Positions 8,687 through 22,548 of a stretch of 64,000 nt of DNA are shown here, one piece after another. The notes under the pieces are model-generated. The model was given only the letters and a program-made list of their open reading frames with translations. It did not search any database and was not told the DNA's origin. This DNA is from an uncultured Acidobacteriota bacterium. GTDB taxonomy: Bacteria > Acidobacteriota > Thermoanaerobaculia > Multivoradales > UBA5704. The translations under genes were made by a program, and so were the position numbers. Within the stretch, counting starts at the first letter, position 1. The number at the start of each line of letters is the position of its first letter. The stretch is from the NCBI GenBank assembly GCA_963770895.1, contig CAVYRF010000002.1, forward strand, positions 4,576,001 through 4,640,000. The letters are read 5' to 3'.

Positions 8687-8757
8687 CCATACCGCGGCGT
8701 GTCCACCCGGACACTCGGCCCAGCAGCCAGCCGGTTCACCAAGAAAGGGGTTTTGCG

Positions 8758-8898
8758 ATGCTCTTGATCCTCGCGGTCATCTTGTTTGTTCTCTGGGTGC
8801 TCGGCTTTGTCGCGTTCCACGTGGGAGGCGGCCTGATCCACATCCTGCTGGTGATCGCCATCATCGTGGTCGTGGTGCACCTGCTACGGCGGGTCTAG
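8758..8898 (+). CDS. lmo0937/DUF5670 family small membrane protein
   Basis: 46 aa MLLILAVILFVLWVLGF...GGLIHILLVIA, the typical family motif. Confidence 0.9.
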   Translation: MLLILAVILFVLWVLGFVAFHVGGGLIHILLVIAIIVVVVHLLRRV

Positions 8899-9037
8899 CG
8901 AAGAAGAAACAGACCGAATCGATTGCCCGGTGGCGATCGAGCGGCCGCATCCCCGTGGGGGCCCGCGTGGGTGTGGTTGCTCGGTCGCCGCCGTTTTATT
9001 GCCGTTCGCCCTCCTGGCAGCTCCCCGCTTCCCAAAC

Positions 9038-9093
9038 TTGCGCTCCCCGCCGGCGGCGCGCTATGCTCCTATTCGTGACCAGATTAGTAATCT
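9038..9093 (+). promoter_or_regulatory. Putative promoter with a palindromic operator
   Basis: TTGCGC-N18-TATGCT, then the AT-rich inverted repeat AGATTA-G-TAATCT (9081-9093) just before the SD. Confidence 0.5.
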
Positions 9094-9117
9094 AGTTCTG
9101 AATGTGGGAGGCTGCGC

Positions 9118-10200
9118 GTGCCGACGTCCGAGGTGGCTGCATCCCCGTCCCGATCCGGCAGCGCCGACACCCTGCGGCCGCTCGCCATCTATTACGAGCA
9201 CCCGGTCTGGTTCGAGCGGCTGTTCGCCGAGCTCGACCGGCGCGGCACCCCGTACGAAAAAATCGACGCCACGTCGCACCTGTACGATCCGGCGGACCTG
9301 GCGGGAGACGTCCGCCGCGCGCCGGTGCTGTTCAACCGCATGAGCCCGTCGGCCTACCGGCGCAGCCACGCGCAGGTGTTTTACACCCTGCACTACCTGG
9401 CCGCCCTGCAGCAGGCCGGCGCGCGGGTGATCAACGGCGTGCAGGCCTTTCGCCACGAGACCTCGAAGGCGCTGCAGCTGTCCCTGCTGCGCCTGCTGGA
9501 GCTGCCGGCGCCGCGCACGCGCGTCATCCACCACCCGGCCCAGGCGGTGGCGGCGGCCCAGGGCCTGCGCTATCCCGTCGTGGTCAAGCCCAACGTCGGC
9601 GGCAGCGGCGCCGGCGTCCAGCGCTACGACTCGCCCGCGCAGCTGGCCCGCGCCGCGGCGGCGGCGGCCGCGGCGGGCGGCGTCGCGGACCCTGGCGGCG
9701 GAGCGGCCGACGGCGCCCGCGGCGGTCCGGCGATCGACATGGGGCTGGACCACGTGGCGTTGGTGCAGGAGTTCATCCCCGCCCGCGGCGGCCACATCAC
9801 GCGCATGGAGGTGGTGGGCGGCAAGTTCCTGTACGGCATCAAGGTCCATCTGAGCGGCGAAACCTTCGATCTGTGCCCGGCCGACATCTGCCGCACCACC
9901 GCCGGCGTCGAGCTGGGCACCGCCTGCGCCGTCGAAGCGCCCAAGGCCGGCCTGCGCGTCGAAGGTTTCACGCCGCCGTCCGAGGTGGTGGCCGGCGCCG
10001 AACGGATCATGCGCCACGCCGGGATCGACGTCGGCGGCATCGAATACGTCGTCGACGACCGCGACGGCCAGCTCTACTTCTACGACATCAACGCCCTGTC
10101 GAACTTTGTCTCCGACGGCCCGCGGGTCATCGGTTTCGACCCCTTCGTGCAGCTCGCCGACTTTCTGGAAGCGGAGATGGAGGCGCACCATGATCGCTGA
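9118..10200 (+). CDS. RimK/glutathione synthetase-like ATP-grasp protein
   Basis: YPVVVKPNVGGSGAG, LVQEFIP and FYDINALSNF; GGAGG SD. Confidence 0.85.
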   Translation: MPTSEVAASPSRSGSADTLRPLAIYYEHPVWFERLFAELDRRGTPYEKIDATSHLYDPADLAGDVRRAPVLFNRMSPSAYRRSHAQVFYTLHYLAALQQAGARVINGVQAFRHETSKALQLSLLRLLELPAPRTRVIHHPAQAVAAAQGLRYPVVVKPNVGGSGAGVQRYDSPAQLARAAAAAAAAGGVADPGGGAADGARGGPAIDMGLDHVALVQEFIPARGGHITRMEVVGGKFLYGIKVHLSGETFDLCPADICRTTAGVELGTACAVEAPKAGLRVEGFTPPSEVVAGAERIMRHAGIDVGGIEYVVDDRDGQLYFYDINALSNFVSDGPRVIGFDPFVQLADFLEAEMEAHHDR

Positions 10201-11347
10201 TTCCAACCCGACCGCCGCCGGCACCGCCGAGTTCACCGCCGCCGCCCGCGCCGCGGCCCGCCCGCGGCCGTCCGCGCCGGGCATGCGCTTCGGCTACTGG
10301 CTGCCGGTCTTCGGCGGTTGGCTGCGCAACGTCGCGGACGAGGGCATGGAGGCGACCTGGCCGCACGTCAGCCGCCTGGCCCGCCGCAGCGAGCAGATCG
10401 GCTTCGACGTGACGCTGCTCGCCGAGCTCAACCTCAACGACATCAAGGGCGTCGAAGCGCCCGCCCTGGACGCCTGGTCCACCGCCGCGGCGCTGGCCGC
10501 GGTCACCACCGAGCTGGAGCTGATGGTCGCCGTGCGCCCGACGTTCCACCTGCCGGCGCTGCTGGCCAAGCAGGCCGCCAACATCGACCGCATCAGCGGC
10601 GGCCGCCTGTCGCTCAACGTCGTGTCGTCCTGGTGGGCCGACGAAGCCAGGAAGTACGGCGTCGCCTTCGAGCAGCACGACGACCGCTACGCCCGCACCG
10701 CCGAATGGCTCGACGTCGTGGACGGCGTCTGGTCGCAGGACCACTTTTCGTACTCCGGCCGCTTTTACAAGGTCGAGGACAACGTTTTGCAGCCCAAGCC
10801 GCTGGCGCAGCCGCGCCCGGTGCTATACGCCGGCGGCGAGTCGGAAGCGGCCAAGGACCTGATCGCCCGCCGCTGCGACGCCTACCTGATGCACGGCGAC
10901 CCGCCCGAGCGCGTCGCCGCCAAGGTCGCGGACCTGACCGCGCGCCGCGAGCAGACCGGCCTGCCGCCGCTGCGCTTCGGCGTCGCCGGCTACGTCGTCG
11001 TGCGCGACACCGAGGCGGCGGCCCAGGCCGAGCTGGCCCGCATCACCGACGTGCGCCAGAGCGCCGCCGGCTTCGACAACTTCCAGCAGTGGCTGGCCGG
11101 CACCCAGCTCGAGCAGCAGATGTCGATCCAGGACTACTCCGTGTCCAACCGCGGCCTGCGCTCCGGCCTGGTCGGCACCCCCGCCCAGGTCCAGGAGCAG
11201 GTGGCCCGCTTCGAGCAAGCCGGCGTCGACCTGCTGCTGCTGCAATTCAGCCCGCAGTACGAAGAGATGGAGCGCTTCGCCGAAACCGTCATCGCCCCCC
11301 TGCGCCGCCATCGCGCCGCCGTCGCCGCGGCCGCGGCCGCGGGCTAG
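10190..11347 (+). CDS. LLM-class flavin-dependent monooxygenase (SsuD/SfnG-like)
   Basis: MRFGYWLPVFGGW, AKQAANIDRISGGRLSLNVV, YAGGES and GLVGTP. The start could instead be the downstream ATG of MRFG. Confidence 0.9.
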   Translation: MIADSNPTAAGTAEFTAAARAAARPRPSAPGMRFGYWLPVFGGWLRNVADEGMEATWPHVSRLARRSEQIGFDVTLLAELNLNDIKGVEAPALDAWSTAAALAAVTTELELMVAVRPTFHLPALLAKQAANIDRISGGRLSLNVVSSWWADEARKYGVAFEQHDDRYARTAEWLDVVDGVWSQDHFSYSGRFYKVEDNVLQPKPLAQPRPVLYAGGESEAAKDLIARRCDAYLMHGDPPERVAAKVADLTARREQTGLPPLRFGVAGYVVVRDTEAAAQAELARITDVRQSAAGFDNFQQWLAGTQLEQQMSIQDYSVSNRGLRSGLVGTPAQVQEQVARFEQAGVDLLLLQFSPQYEEMERFAETVIAPLRRHRAAVAAAAAAG

Positions 11348-11388
11348 GCCGCGGCCGCGGTCGCGGGTCCGCCGACCTCTCGCTTTGC

Positions 11389-14951
<3,563 letters not shown>

Positions 14952-14955
<4 letters not shown>

Positions 14956-16346
14956 GGTGTTTCCTCCCAGGAGTGGGGACCTTGATCGATCCCGCGCGGC
15001 GTGGCGCGCCGCCGCACGAACATGGCATAGGCCGGCAGTCCCAGCGCCACCAGGCCCAGACCCCACAGCGACTCGACCGGCCGCTCGTAGAGCGTGTTGC
15101 CGATCAGCAGCAGGCAGGCGAGCACGAACAGCGCCGGCACCACCGGATACCCCCAGGCGCGATACGCCCGCGGGGCGTCGGGCCGCCGCCGTCGCAGCAC
15201 GAAGACGGCGGCGCCGGCGGCGGCGTGGAACACGACAGAAGCGAAGACGACGTAGGTGTACAGCTGCACGTAGGTGCCGGTGACGGTGAGCACGACGGTC
15301 CAGGCGGTCTGCGCCCACAGGCTGGCGGTCGGCGTGCGGTAGCGCGGATGGATGACCCCCAGCGCCGGAAAGAACACGCCGTCGCGGGCCATCGGCAGAT
15401 AGATGCGCGAGCTGTAGAGGATGGTCGACGAGATGCAGCCGAAGGTCGAGATCAGCACCGCGACCGACACCAGGCGCGAGGCGAGCGGCCCGAACAGCAC
15501 GGCGGCGGCCTGCTCGCCGACGCGCGGGCTGGCGGCCATGGCGGGCAGCGACAGCGCCCGCTCGTAGGCCACGTTGAGCAGCAGGTAGAGGGCGGTCACC
15601 GCCAGGGTGCCGTAGATCAGGCCGCGCGGCAGGTTGCGGCCGGGGTCGTGCACCTCGCCGGCCGAGCAGGTGAGCGCGTACCAGCCGTCGAACGTCCACA
15701 GCACGGCGATCATCGCGACGCCGAAGGCGCCGGCCAGGCCGAGCGGCGACGCGAGGGCCGCCGGCAGCGGCGCGGTCAGCGCGGCGTGGGCCGCCGGCCG
15801 CACCAGCAGGCCGAGCAGGCCGAAGGCGGCGACCGATCCGATCTTGAGCACCGTCAGGGCGTTCTGCACCCAGGCGCCTTCGCGCAGCCCGAAATGGTTG
15901 ATCGCGGTGAGGCCGACGATCGCCGCGACCGCCGCCACCTGGCCTCCCGACAGCTGCCAGGTCCAGGAGCCGATGCGCTGCGCGAGCAGGATGTGGCCGG
16001 TCGAAAAGAACGGCACGAAGCTGCCCAGGTACTCGCCGAACGCCACGCCCAGGGCGGCGAGCCCGCCCGACATGATGACCAGAAAGCAGGTCCAGCCGTA
16101 GAGAAAACCCCAGACCGGGCCGTACGTCTCCTTGAGGTACTGGTAGAGGCCGCCGGCGCTCGGGTAGAGCACTCCCAGCTCGGCGAACGACAGCGCCCCC
16201 GCCAACACCAGCGCGCCGCCGACCGCCCAGGCGGCCAGCAGCAGACCCGCGTGCGGCAGGTCGTGCGCCATGTCGGCGGGAGTCAGGAAGATGCCGGTGC
16301 CGATGACCGAGCCGATGGTCAGCAGCACGCAGTCCGCGAGCCGCAA
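14952..16346 (-). CDS. APC-family amino acid permease
   Basis: IGTGIF, AELG..YP.AGG.Y.YL and WTFDGW; about 12 TM segments. The true start may be a CTG at 16370 overlapping the doxX stop. Confidence 0.9.
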
Positions 16347-16366
16347 CCCGCGAACCAGACCGCTGC

Positions 16367-16750
16367 TCAGCTCTTGCCCCGGCGCAGCGCGTCGATGCTA
16401 TAGGCGCCCGAGCCGCGCGCCGCGACGTACAGGAACAGGAAGCAGTAGAGGACCGCCAGCTCGCCCTTGTTCTGGATGGGAAGCGCCCCTTGGGACGCGT
16501 GCACCATGAAGTAGGCGACCGCCATCTCGCCGCTGCAGAGGAACGCGGCGATGCCGGCGAACAGGCCCAACGCGATCAGGATGCCGCCCACCAGCTCGAT
16601 CCAGCCCCCCACCTGCATCAAGAGCGCATCGCCGTGGCCGCCGCCGAAGGCGCCGAAGATCTTCTGCGCGCCATGGCAGAAGAACATCGCGCCGGCGACG
16701 AAGCGCAGCAGCGCATAGATCGGCTGGGAATACCTTTCGAGCCATTGCAT
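16367..16750 (-). CDS. DoxX family membrane protein
   Basis: LLR...HGAQK, GEMAVAYF, N.GELA and G.GAYSID; GGAGG SD. Confidence 0.92.
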   Translation of the reverse strand: MQWLERYSQPIYALLRFVAGAMFFCHGAQKIFGAFGGGHGDALLMQVGGWIELVGGILIALGLFAGIAAFLCSGEMAVAYFMVHASQGALPIQNKGELAVLYCFLFLYVAARGSGAYSIDALRRGKS

Positions 16751-16951
16751 CGCCAACCTCCTTGTCAAGAAGACAGCAGGGACGGCGCGTTCGGTCAGGG
16801 ACCGAGGCGCTCGTGGGACGCGGCGCGCATCAAACTACCATATGGCAGCCGCGCGGCAAGCTCATCGCCTGCCGCCATCTCAGCAAGTCCGATACCATAG
16901 CTGACGCGCGGCGGGCGCACGCCGCGCGCGCGCAATGGGGAGATTGCCGTC

Positions 16952-18034
16952 ATGCCGACGATTTCGAGCAACCTGAAGGGTCCGCTGTCCGCGCTTGCCA
17001 TGCTGGCGCTCTGCTCGTGCGCGTCCAACCCGGCACCGGCACCGGCGCCGCCGGTAGGAGCGCAGAGCACGGCGCCGACGGCGGCAGTGCCGGTGCGGAG
17101 CGCGGCGACGACGCACCTGTGCGGCGCCGACGCCCAATATGTCACCTTCGCCAGCCTGGGAGTGCCGCAGGCGGAGCGCCCCATCGACCTGGTGACGACC
17201 GACGACGCCGACTACGTGCTGTTCGCGCCCGCCCGCCTGGTCAAGCTGACGCGCGAGGAGGGCAAGGTCAAGCTGCAAACGATCGTCGGCGAAGCGGGCC
17301 AGTCGTGGCAGGCGATGGCGCTCGACCCGATCGACAACACCCTGTGGGTGGCGACAGGGGAGTTCGTGCTGGTCCACGTGTCGCCGTCGCTCCATCAGCA
17401 GACGGTGCCGCTGCAGCGCGTGGCCGGCAGCGGCGGCTTCGTCCGCCTGGTGGTGGCGACCGATGCCATCTACGCCGAGCCGGCCTGCGCCAGCGACGCG
17501 GTGTGGCGGATCGACCGCAACGGCAAGGTGCTCGCTTCGTCGTTCCCGCTGGAAGCGGACCTGTCGCGACCCCAGGACGACATCGCCCAGCAGTGCGCCC
17601 GCGTGCGCCTGGACCGCGATCCCGAAGGCCACGTGGTGGCCTGGGACTGGCACAAGAAGGCGCTCTTCCGGGTGGACGACCAGGGGGCGTGGCACGACGT
17701 CAACGGCGGCGTCTTTGCCACGCTGCCCGACCCGCGCGTGCTGACCGGGGTGGACGTCGGCGGCGGCGGCGAACAGTGGTACTTCACCGGCGCGGCGGGG
17801 CTCTTCCTGTGGAAAGGCCGGCCGGTCTTCCTGGGCCAGCCGACCATCCGCAACATCGGCACCGGCGCCGACACGGTGCTGCTGGTGCCGCAAGGCGATA
17901 CCGCGCGCGAGCTGATCGAGGCCTGTCACGGTGCCAGCATCCAGCGCGTCGCGACCACGCCGCACCGCTATGCCGCCCTGCTCCGCGGCGGCATCGTGCT
18001 GGGCGACCTGGCCGGTGCGCCGGACCTGCAATGA
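16952..18034 (+). CDS. Hypothetical lipoprotein, probably a beta-propeller
   Basis: Signal peptide with lipobox (LCSC), Pro/Ala linker and beta-strand repeats; stop overlaps the next start (ATGA). Confidence 0.7.
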   Translation: MPTISSNLKGPLSALAMLALCSCASNPAPAPAPPVGAQSTAPTAAVPVRSAATTHLCGADAQYVTFASLGVPQAERPIDLVTTDDADYVLFAPARLVKLTREEGKVKLQTIVGEAGQSWQAMALDPIDNTLWVATGEFVLVHVSPSLHQQTVPLQRVAGSGGFVRLVVATDAIYAEPACASDAVWRIDRNGKVLASSFPLEADLSRPQDDIAQQCARVRLDRDPEGHVVAWDWHKKALFRVDDQGAWHDVNGGVFATLPDPRVLTGVDVGGGGEQWYFTGAAGLFLWKGRPVFLGQPTIRNIGTGADTVLLVPQGDTARELIEACHGASIQRVATTPHRYAALLRGGIVLGDLAGAPDLQ

Positions 18035-18711
18035 GCCGGTTCGTCGATCTCAGCCACACCGTCGAGCACGGCCTGGTGACGCTCAAGGGGCTGCCGGCGC
18101 CGGTCGTCTGCGACTTCCTGAGCCGCCAGGAGTCGCGGCAGATCTATGCGCCCGGCACCGAGTTCCACATCGGCAGGATCGACATGATCGCCAACACCGG
18201 CACCTACGTGGATGCCCCGTTTCATCGTTTCGCCGGCGGCAAGGACCTGGCGGAGCTGCCGCTGTCGTCGCTGGCCGAGTTGGACGCGGTGGTGATCCGC
18301 CCCGACCTGGGGGCGGGCGGCCGCGCCATCGGCGCGCGGGCTTTTGCGGGGATGGCGTTGGCCGGCAAGGCGGTGCTGTTCCAGACCGGCTGGAGCCGCC
18401 ATTGGGCGACCGAGCGCTACTTCGAGGGGCACCCCTTCCTGACCGCGGAAGCGGCGGTGGCGTTGCGCGACGCCGGGGCCGTGCTGGTGGGGATCGACTC
18501 GCTCAACGTCGACTCGACCGACGACGGCACGCGGCCGGCGCACACCACCTTGCTGGGCGCCGACATCCCGGTGTGCGAGCACCTGTGCGGTCTCGCGGCG
18601 CTGCCCGCGGCGGGATTCCGCTTCTCCGCCGTGCCGGTCAAGGTGCGCGCCTTCGGCACCTTTCCGGTGCGGGCCTACGCCGCGTTGGCCGCGGGGAAGT
18701 CAGGCAGGTAG
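18031..18711 (+). CDS. Cyclase family protein (kynurenine formamidase-like)
   Basis: VDLSH, NTGTYVDAPFH, VGIDSLNVD, EHL and FPVRA. Confidence 0.9.
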   Translation: MSRFVDLSHTVEHGLVTLKGLPAPVVCDFLSRQESRQIYAPGTEFHIGRIDMIANTGTYVDAPFHRFAGGKDLAELPLSSLAELDAVVIRPDLGAGGRAIGARAFAGMALAGKAVLFQTGWSRHWATERYFEGHPFLTAEAAVALRDAGAVLVGIDSLNVDSTDDGTRPAHTTLLGADIPVCEHLCGLAALPAAGFRFSAVPVKVRAFGTFPVRAYAALAAGKSGR

Positions 18712-18739
18712 GGCAGGCAGGTAGGGCAGGCAGGTAGGT
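18701..18739 (+). repeat. 13-bp tandem repeat, about 3 copies
   Basis: CAGGCAGGTAGGG twice plus CAGGCAGGTAGGT, spanning the cyclase stop codon. Confidence 0.75.
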
Positions 18740-18758
18740 GGCAGGGCAGGCAGGACGC

Positions 18759-18808
18759 AAAACCGCCCCGCCTGCCGGCCACCGTGGGGTGACGGGCGGG
18801 CGGGGCGG
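18759..18808 (-). terminator. GC-rich terminator hairpin for the IPTL-CTERM gene
   Basis: CCGCCCCGCCTGCC...GGGCGGGCGGGGCGG stem with a TTTT tail on the minus strand. Confidence 0.55.
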
Positions 18809-18854
18809 ATGCGATCGAAGGGCTGCCGACCGGCGGGGTCAGCGGGACCAGCCG

Positions 18855-19964
18855 CTAGATGCGGGCGATCGCGCGGCGCCGCACGTGCAGCACGGCGGCC
18901 GTGGCCAGCAGCAGGCCCAGGACCACCAGGCTGACCTGCGACAGGGTGGGCACTTCGGCGATCGGCTCGGCGGCGACGAAGTTGACGACTTCAGCCTCCT
19001 CGGCCGTGGTCATGCACTGCGTGGTGTTGGGCGGCAGGCTGACCAGCGACGCCGCCTTGGAGGCGGCCGCGGCCTTGGACGGCTGGTTGACGGCGAAGTT
19101 CATGATGATCTTGGTCTGGCCCGGGTTGAGGGTGAAGGTGTAGCCCCAATACGGGTTGTCGTTGCCGTTCTGGAAGAAGATGGCGGCCAGGGGCGTCGCG
19201 GCGCCGGGGCCCTGCATGATGTGGCCGAGCCGCGGGTCGGAGGTGGTGGTGCCGGAATAATTCTGGAATGTCGCCACCCAGGTGTCCGAGGTGTCCACCG
19301 TGGTGGTGCCGCTGGACGTGGCGGTGATGATGGTGTTGTTGTCGGAGCCCAGGTTGTTGCCGGTCTCCATCGTCACCGTGATCGGCGTCGCGCCGGTGTT
19401 GGTGAAGTAGTTGAGCCAGCGCGCAAACTCGTCGTTGTCGGGGACGAAGACCTTGCGGTACATCTGGAGATTGCCGGTCGTCTGGACGGGGAACACCAGC
19501 TGGCGGTTGACCTGGGACGTCGTGCCGAGACACTCGCTCGTCGGCGGGGCGCCGTTCTTGTTGTAGATCACGTAGTTGGCGTTGCCCGTCTCGCACGGTG
19601 CGGTGACCATGTTGTTGAGGCTGAGGCACATCGTCTGGTAGCCGTCGTACGAGTCGTTGAGCTGGCTCTGCGTCACGCCGCCGTTCAGGGTCGAAGCCGA
19701 GACCGAATGCGTGTAGGACGCTTCGGACATGGCCGCCGACGCGGAGCTGGAGGTGGAGAAGGTGATGTTGGTATTGATGAAGTACTTCATTCCCTGGGCG
19801 TCGATGAGGGCGATGGAGCCGGTGGCGTTGGCGCCGTGGCCAGATCCCTTGCCGGATTTGGCGGCCCTGGTCTTGGCGCTGCGGCGCTCCACCAGGGAGA
19901 CGTCGGCACTGGCCAGCGAAGCACACAGCAGACTGAGGATTGTCCAAGCAACGACTCGCCGCAT
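18855..19964 (-). CDS. Secreted Ser/Thr/Asn-rich surface protein with an IPTL-CTERM sorting signal
   Basis: Signal peptide; C-terminus EVPTLSQVSLVVLGLLLATAAVLHVRRR (VPTL motif, TM segment, basic tail). Confidence 0.85.
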   Translation of the reverse strand: MRRVVAWTILSLLCASLASADVSLVERRSAKTRAAKSGKGSGHGANATGSIALIDAQGMKYFINTNITFSTSSSASAAMSEASYTHSVSASTLNGGVTQSQLNDSYDGYQTMCLSLNNMVTAPCETGNANYVIYNKNGAPPTSECLGTTSQVNRQLVFPVQTTGNLQMYRKVFVPDNDEFARWLNYFTNTGATPITVTMETGNNLGSDNNTIITATSSGTTTVDTSDTWVATFQNYSGTTTSDPRLGHIMQGPGAATPLAAIFFQNGNDNPYWGYTFTLNPGQTKIIMNFAVNQPSKAAAASKAASLVSLPPNTTQCMTTAEEAEVVNFVAAEPIAEVPTLSQVSLVVLGLLLATAAVLHVRRRAIARI

Positions 19965-20177
19965 AGCTGTAGATCCCTCCTGGAAGAGTTTCAAGAGCCA
20001 GCCGATTGCACGCCGACGCGATTGCACACCGGCATTTGGGAACTAGGCACAACCTATGTGCGGACTATATCACAGGGGCCCCACCTGGCCACAACCCGCC
20101 GCAACCGCAACCCGCTGCGCGCCCGGAGTTTGGGCGGGCGTCTGGGGAGGCTCTGAGTTAGAATCGCTGCCCTCCTC

Positions 20178-22445
20178 ATGACCGCCGTCGCCGTCCCCAG
20201 CCGCCGCCCGTCCTTACGACAGCTCAGGGGGAAGCCGCGGCTTGGCTGGACCGCGGCGGCCGCCCTGGCCGGCCTGACCCTGCTGGGCGCCGCCGGCTGC
20301 GGCCGCGGGGAGCGGCCGAACGTGCTGCTGATCACGCTCGACACGACGCGCGCCGACCATCTGGGGTGCTACGGCATGCCGCTCGCCCGCACGCCGGCGA
20401 TGGACCGGCTGGCCAGGGAGGGCGTGCGCTGCACCGATGCGATCTCGGCGGCGCCGATCACGCTGCCGTCGCACTCCACCATCCTGACCGGCCTCTATCC
20501 GCCGACGCACGGCGTGCGCGACAACGGCACCTTCGCGCTGGGCAACGACGCGGTGACGCTGGCCGAGCGGCTGCACCGGGCCGGTTATCGCACCCAGGCG
20601 ATCGTTTCGGCGCTGGTGCTCAACCGCCGCTACAACCTGACGCGGGGCTTCGACGGCTACGACGACGACCTGTGGAGCGAGAACCAGCCGAAGCTGTTCC
20701 TGATCCGCTCGCGCCCCGGCCCCAGGACCGCCCAGCGCGCCGTGCGCTGGCTGGAAGGCTGGTGGGAGGAGCGGCCACGCCGGCCGTTCTTCCTGTGGAT
20801 GCACCTGTTCGACGCTCATCAGCCCTACACCGCGCCGGCCGGTGAACGGCTGCATTCGCCCTCGGTCTACGACGCCGAGATCGCCGTCCTGGACCAGTCG
20901 GTGAGCAAGGTGATCGAAGAGCTGCGGGTGGAAGGCGTCCTCGACAACACCCTGGTGATCGTCACCGCCGACCACGGCGAAAGCCTGGGCGAGCACGGCG
21001 AAAAGACCCACGCCATCTTCATCTATGACGCGACGGTGCGGGTGCCGCTGCTGTGGCGCTATCCGCGGCGGCTGCCGGCGGGCAAGGTCTACACGGCGCC
21101 GGTGCGCACCGTAGACATCGTGCCGACGGTGCTGGCGATCGCGGGGCTGCCGGGCGGCGGCGAAACGCAGGGGGTCGACCTGCTGCCGGCGCTGCGCGGC
21201 GAGGTGGCGCCGCCCGACCTGCCGCAGTATTCGGAGTCGCTGTTGGCGCAGGTGGACTTCGGCATGTCGCCTCTGTTCGGCATCCGCCACGGCGGCTACA
21301 AGTGGATCCGGGCGCCGCGCCCCGAGATCTACGACCTGCGCCGCGATCCGGGGGAGCTGGCCAACCTCTATCCGCGCGAGGCGCGCCGCGGCGCCGCGCT
21401 CGACCGCGACCTGGCCGCCGTGCTGGCCGACAGCAAGCGGCGGCAGCTGGCGCCGCAAAAGACCCTTCCCGACGCCGAGACCCAGCGCAGTCTGCGGGCG
21501 CTGGGGTACCTTGCGCCGGCCAGCGAGCGCGAGGCCATGGCGGGGCTGGACCCCAAGGACGCCCTGCCGCTGTACCAGAAGCTGGAAGAGGCGCGCCACC
21601 TGGCGCAACGGCAGCAGTGGAGCCAGGCCGAGGCGGTGCTGAGCGAGATCGTCGCGCGCCAGCCGGCCAACGTCTCGGCGCTGGGGGTGCTGGCCCTGGC
21701 GCAGCTGCACCAGGGCAACCTGGCCGGGGCGCGCGAAAAGTACCTGCGCATCCTGGCCGCCGATCCCAAGGATTCGCGGGTGTACCTCATGCTGGGCTCG
21801 ATCAGCATGCTGGAAGGGGACCTGGACGGCGCCGAGCGCAGCTATCAGAAGGCGCTCGCGGTCACCCCCGGCTTCGTCGAAGCACTGTCCAACCTGGGCT
21901 TGATCGCGGCCTTGCGCGACGAGGACGCGCAGGCCGAAAGCTGGTACCGCAAGGCGATGGCCGCCGATCCCACGTTCCCGATCGCCTACCGCCGCATCGC
22001 CGATCTCTACTACGACCGCGGCGACTTCGTTAAGGCGCTGGGCTTTTACCGCCAGGCCCTGGCCGAGCAGCCCAAGGATTTTGCCGCCGCCGTGCAGGCC
22101 GGCAACTGCGCCCGCCGCACCGGCGACGCTGCGCAGGCGGCGCGCTACTTCGACCGCGCCGCGCAGGAACGGCCCGACGCCTGGATCCCCAGATACAACC
22201 TGGCCTGCCTGGCGGCGGTGGGCGGTGCGGCGCCGCGCGCGCTCGCCCTGCTGGCCGCCATGCAGGTGCCGCCGCGGATCGCGCTGCTCGATTCCGATCC
22301 CGACCTGGCCGCCGTGCGCCGCCTGCCCGGTTTTTCCGCGGTGCGGCACAAGCTGGTAGCACTGGCCGTGGCCAAGCGTCGCGCCGCCAACGCACCGGCC
22401 GCGCCGTCCAGCCCTGAAGCCGGCCCCGACGACGACCTGGATTGA
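20178..22445 (+). CDS. Sulfatase-like hydrolase with C-terminal TPR repeats (probable lipoprotein)
   Basis: PNVLLITLDTTRAD, TLPSHSTILTG, DAHQPY and ADHGESLGEHGE, then TPR helices; AAGC lipobox. Confidence 0.9.
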   Translation: MTAVAVPSRRPSLRQLRGKPRLGWTAAAALAGLTLLGAAGCGRGERPNVLLITLDTTRADHLGCYGMPLARTPAMDRLAREGVRCTDAISAAPITLPSHSTILTGLYPPTHGVRDNGTFALGNDAVTLAERLHRAGYRTQAIVSALVLNRRYNLTRGFDGYDDDLWSENQPKLFLIRSRPGPRTAQRAVRWLEGWWEERPRRPFFLWMHLFDAHQPYTAPAGERLHSPSVYDAEIAVLDQSVSKVIEELRVEGVLDNTLVIVTADHGESLGEHGEKTHAIFIYDATVRVPLLWRYPRRLPAGKVYTAPVRTVDIVPTVLAIAGLPGGGETQGVDLLPALRGEVAPPDLPQYSESLLAQVDFGMSPLFGIRHGGYKWIRAPRPEIYDLRRDPGELANLYPREARRGAALDRDLAAVLADSKRRQLAPQKTLPDAETQRSLRALGYLAPASEREAMAGLDPKDALPLYQKLEEARHLAQRQQWSQAEAVLSEIVARQPANVSALGVLALAQLHQGNLAGAREKYLRILAADPKDSRVYLMLGSISMLEGDLDGAERSYQKALAVTPGFVEALSNLGLIAALRDEDAQAESWYRKAMAADPTFPIAYRRIADLYYDRGDFVKALGFYRQALAEQPKDFAAAVQAGNCARRTGDAAQAARYFDRAAQERPDAWIPRYNLACLAAVGGAAPRALALLAAMQVPPRIALLDSDPDLAAVRRLPGFSAVRHKLVALAVAKRRAANAPAAPSSPEAGPDDDLD

Positions 22446-22548
22446 CCGGGGCGCCGGCTCAGGCGCCGGCGAGCGCCTGGCACGGACGGCGGACGTGGCG
22501 TGGCCAGGCTCGGTCGGGCGCGGTCAGGCGGATGGCTCGCTGGGCCGC

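Noticed and set aside
8900-9117. SAM riboswitch upstream of the ATP-grasp/LLM operon
   Set aside because: No recognisable SAM-I core (ATC.AGAG...GCAACC...GTGC) was found by eye.
18701-18755. 13-bp tandem repeat as a regulatory or CRISPR-like element
   Set aside because: No spacers; it looks like a simple slippage duplication at a gene end.
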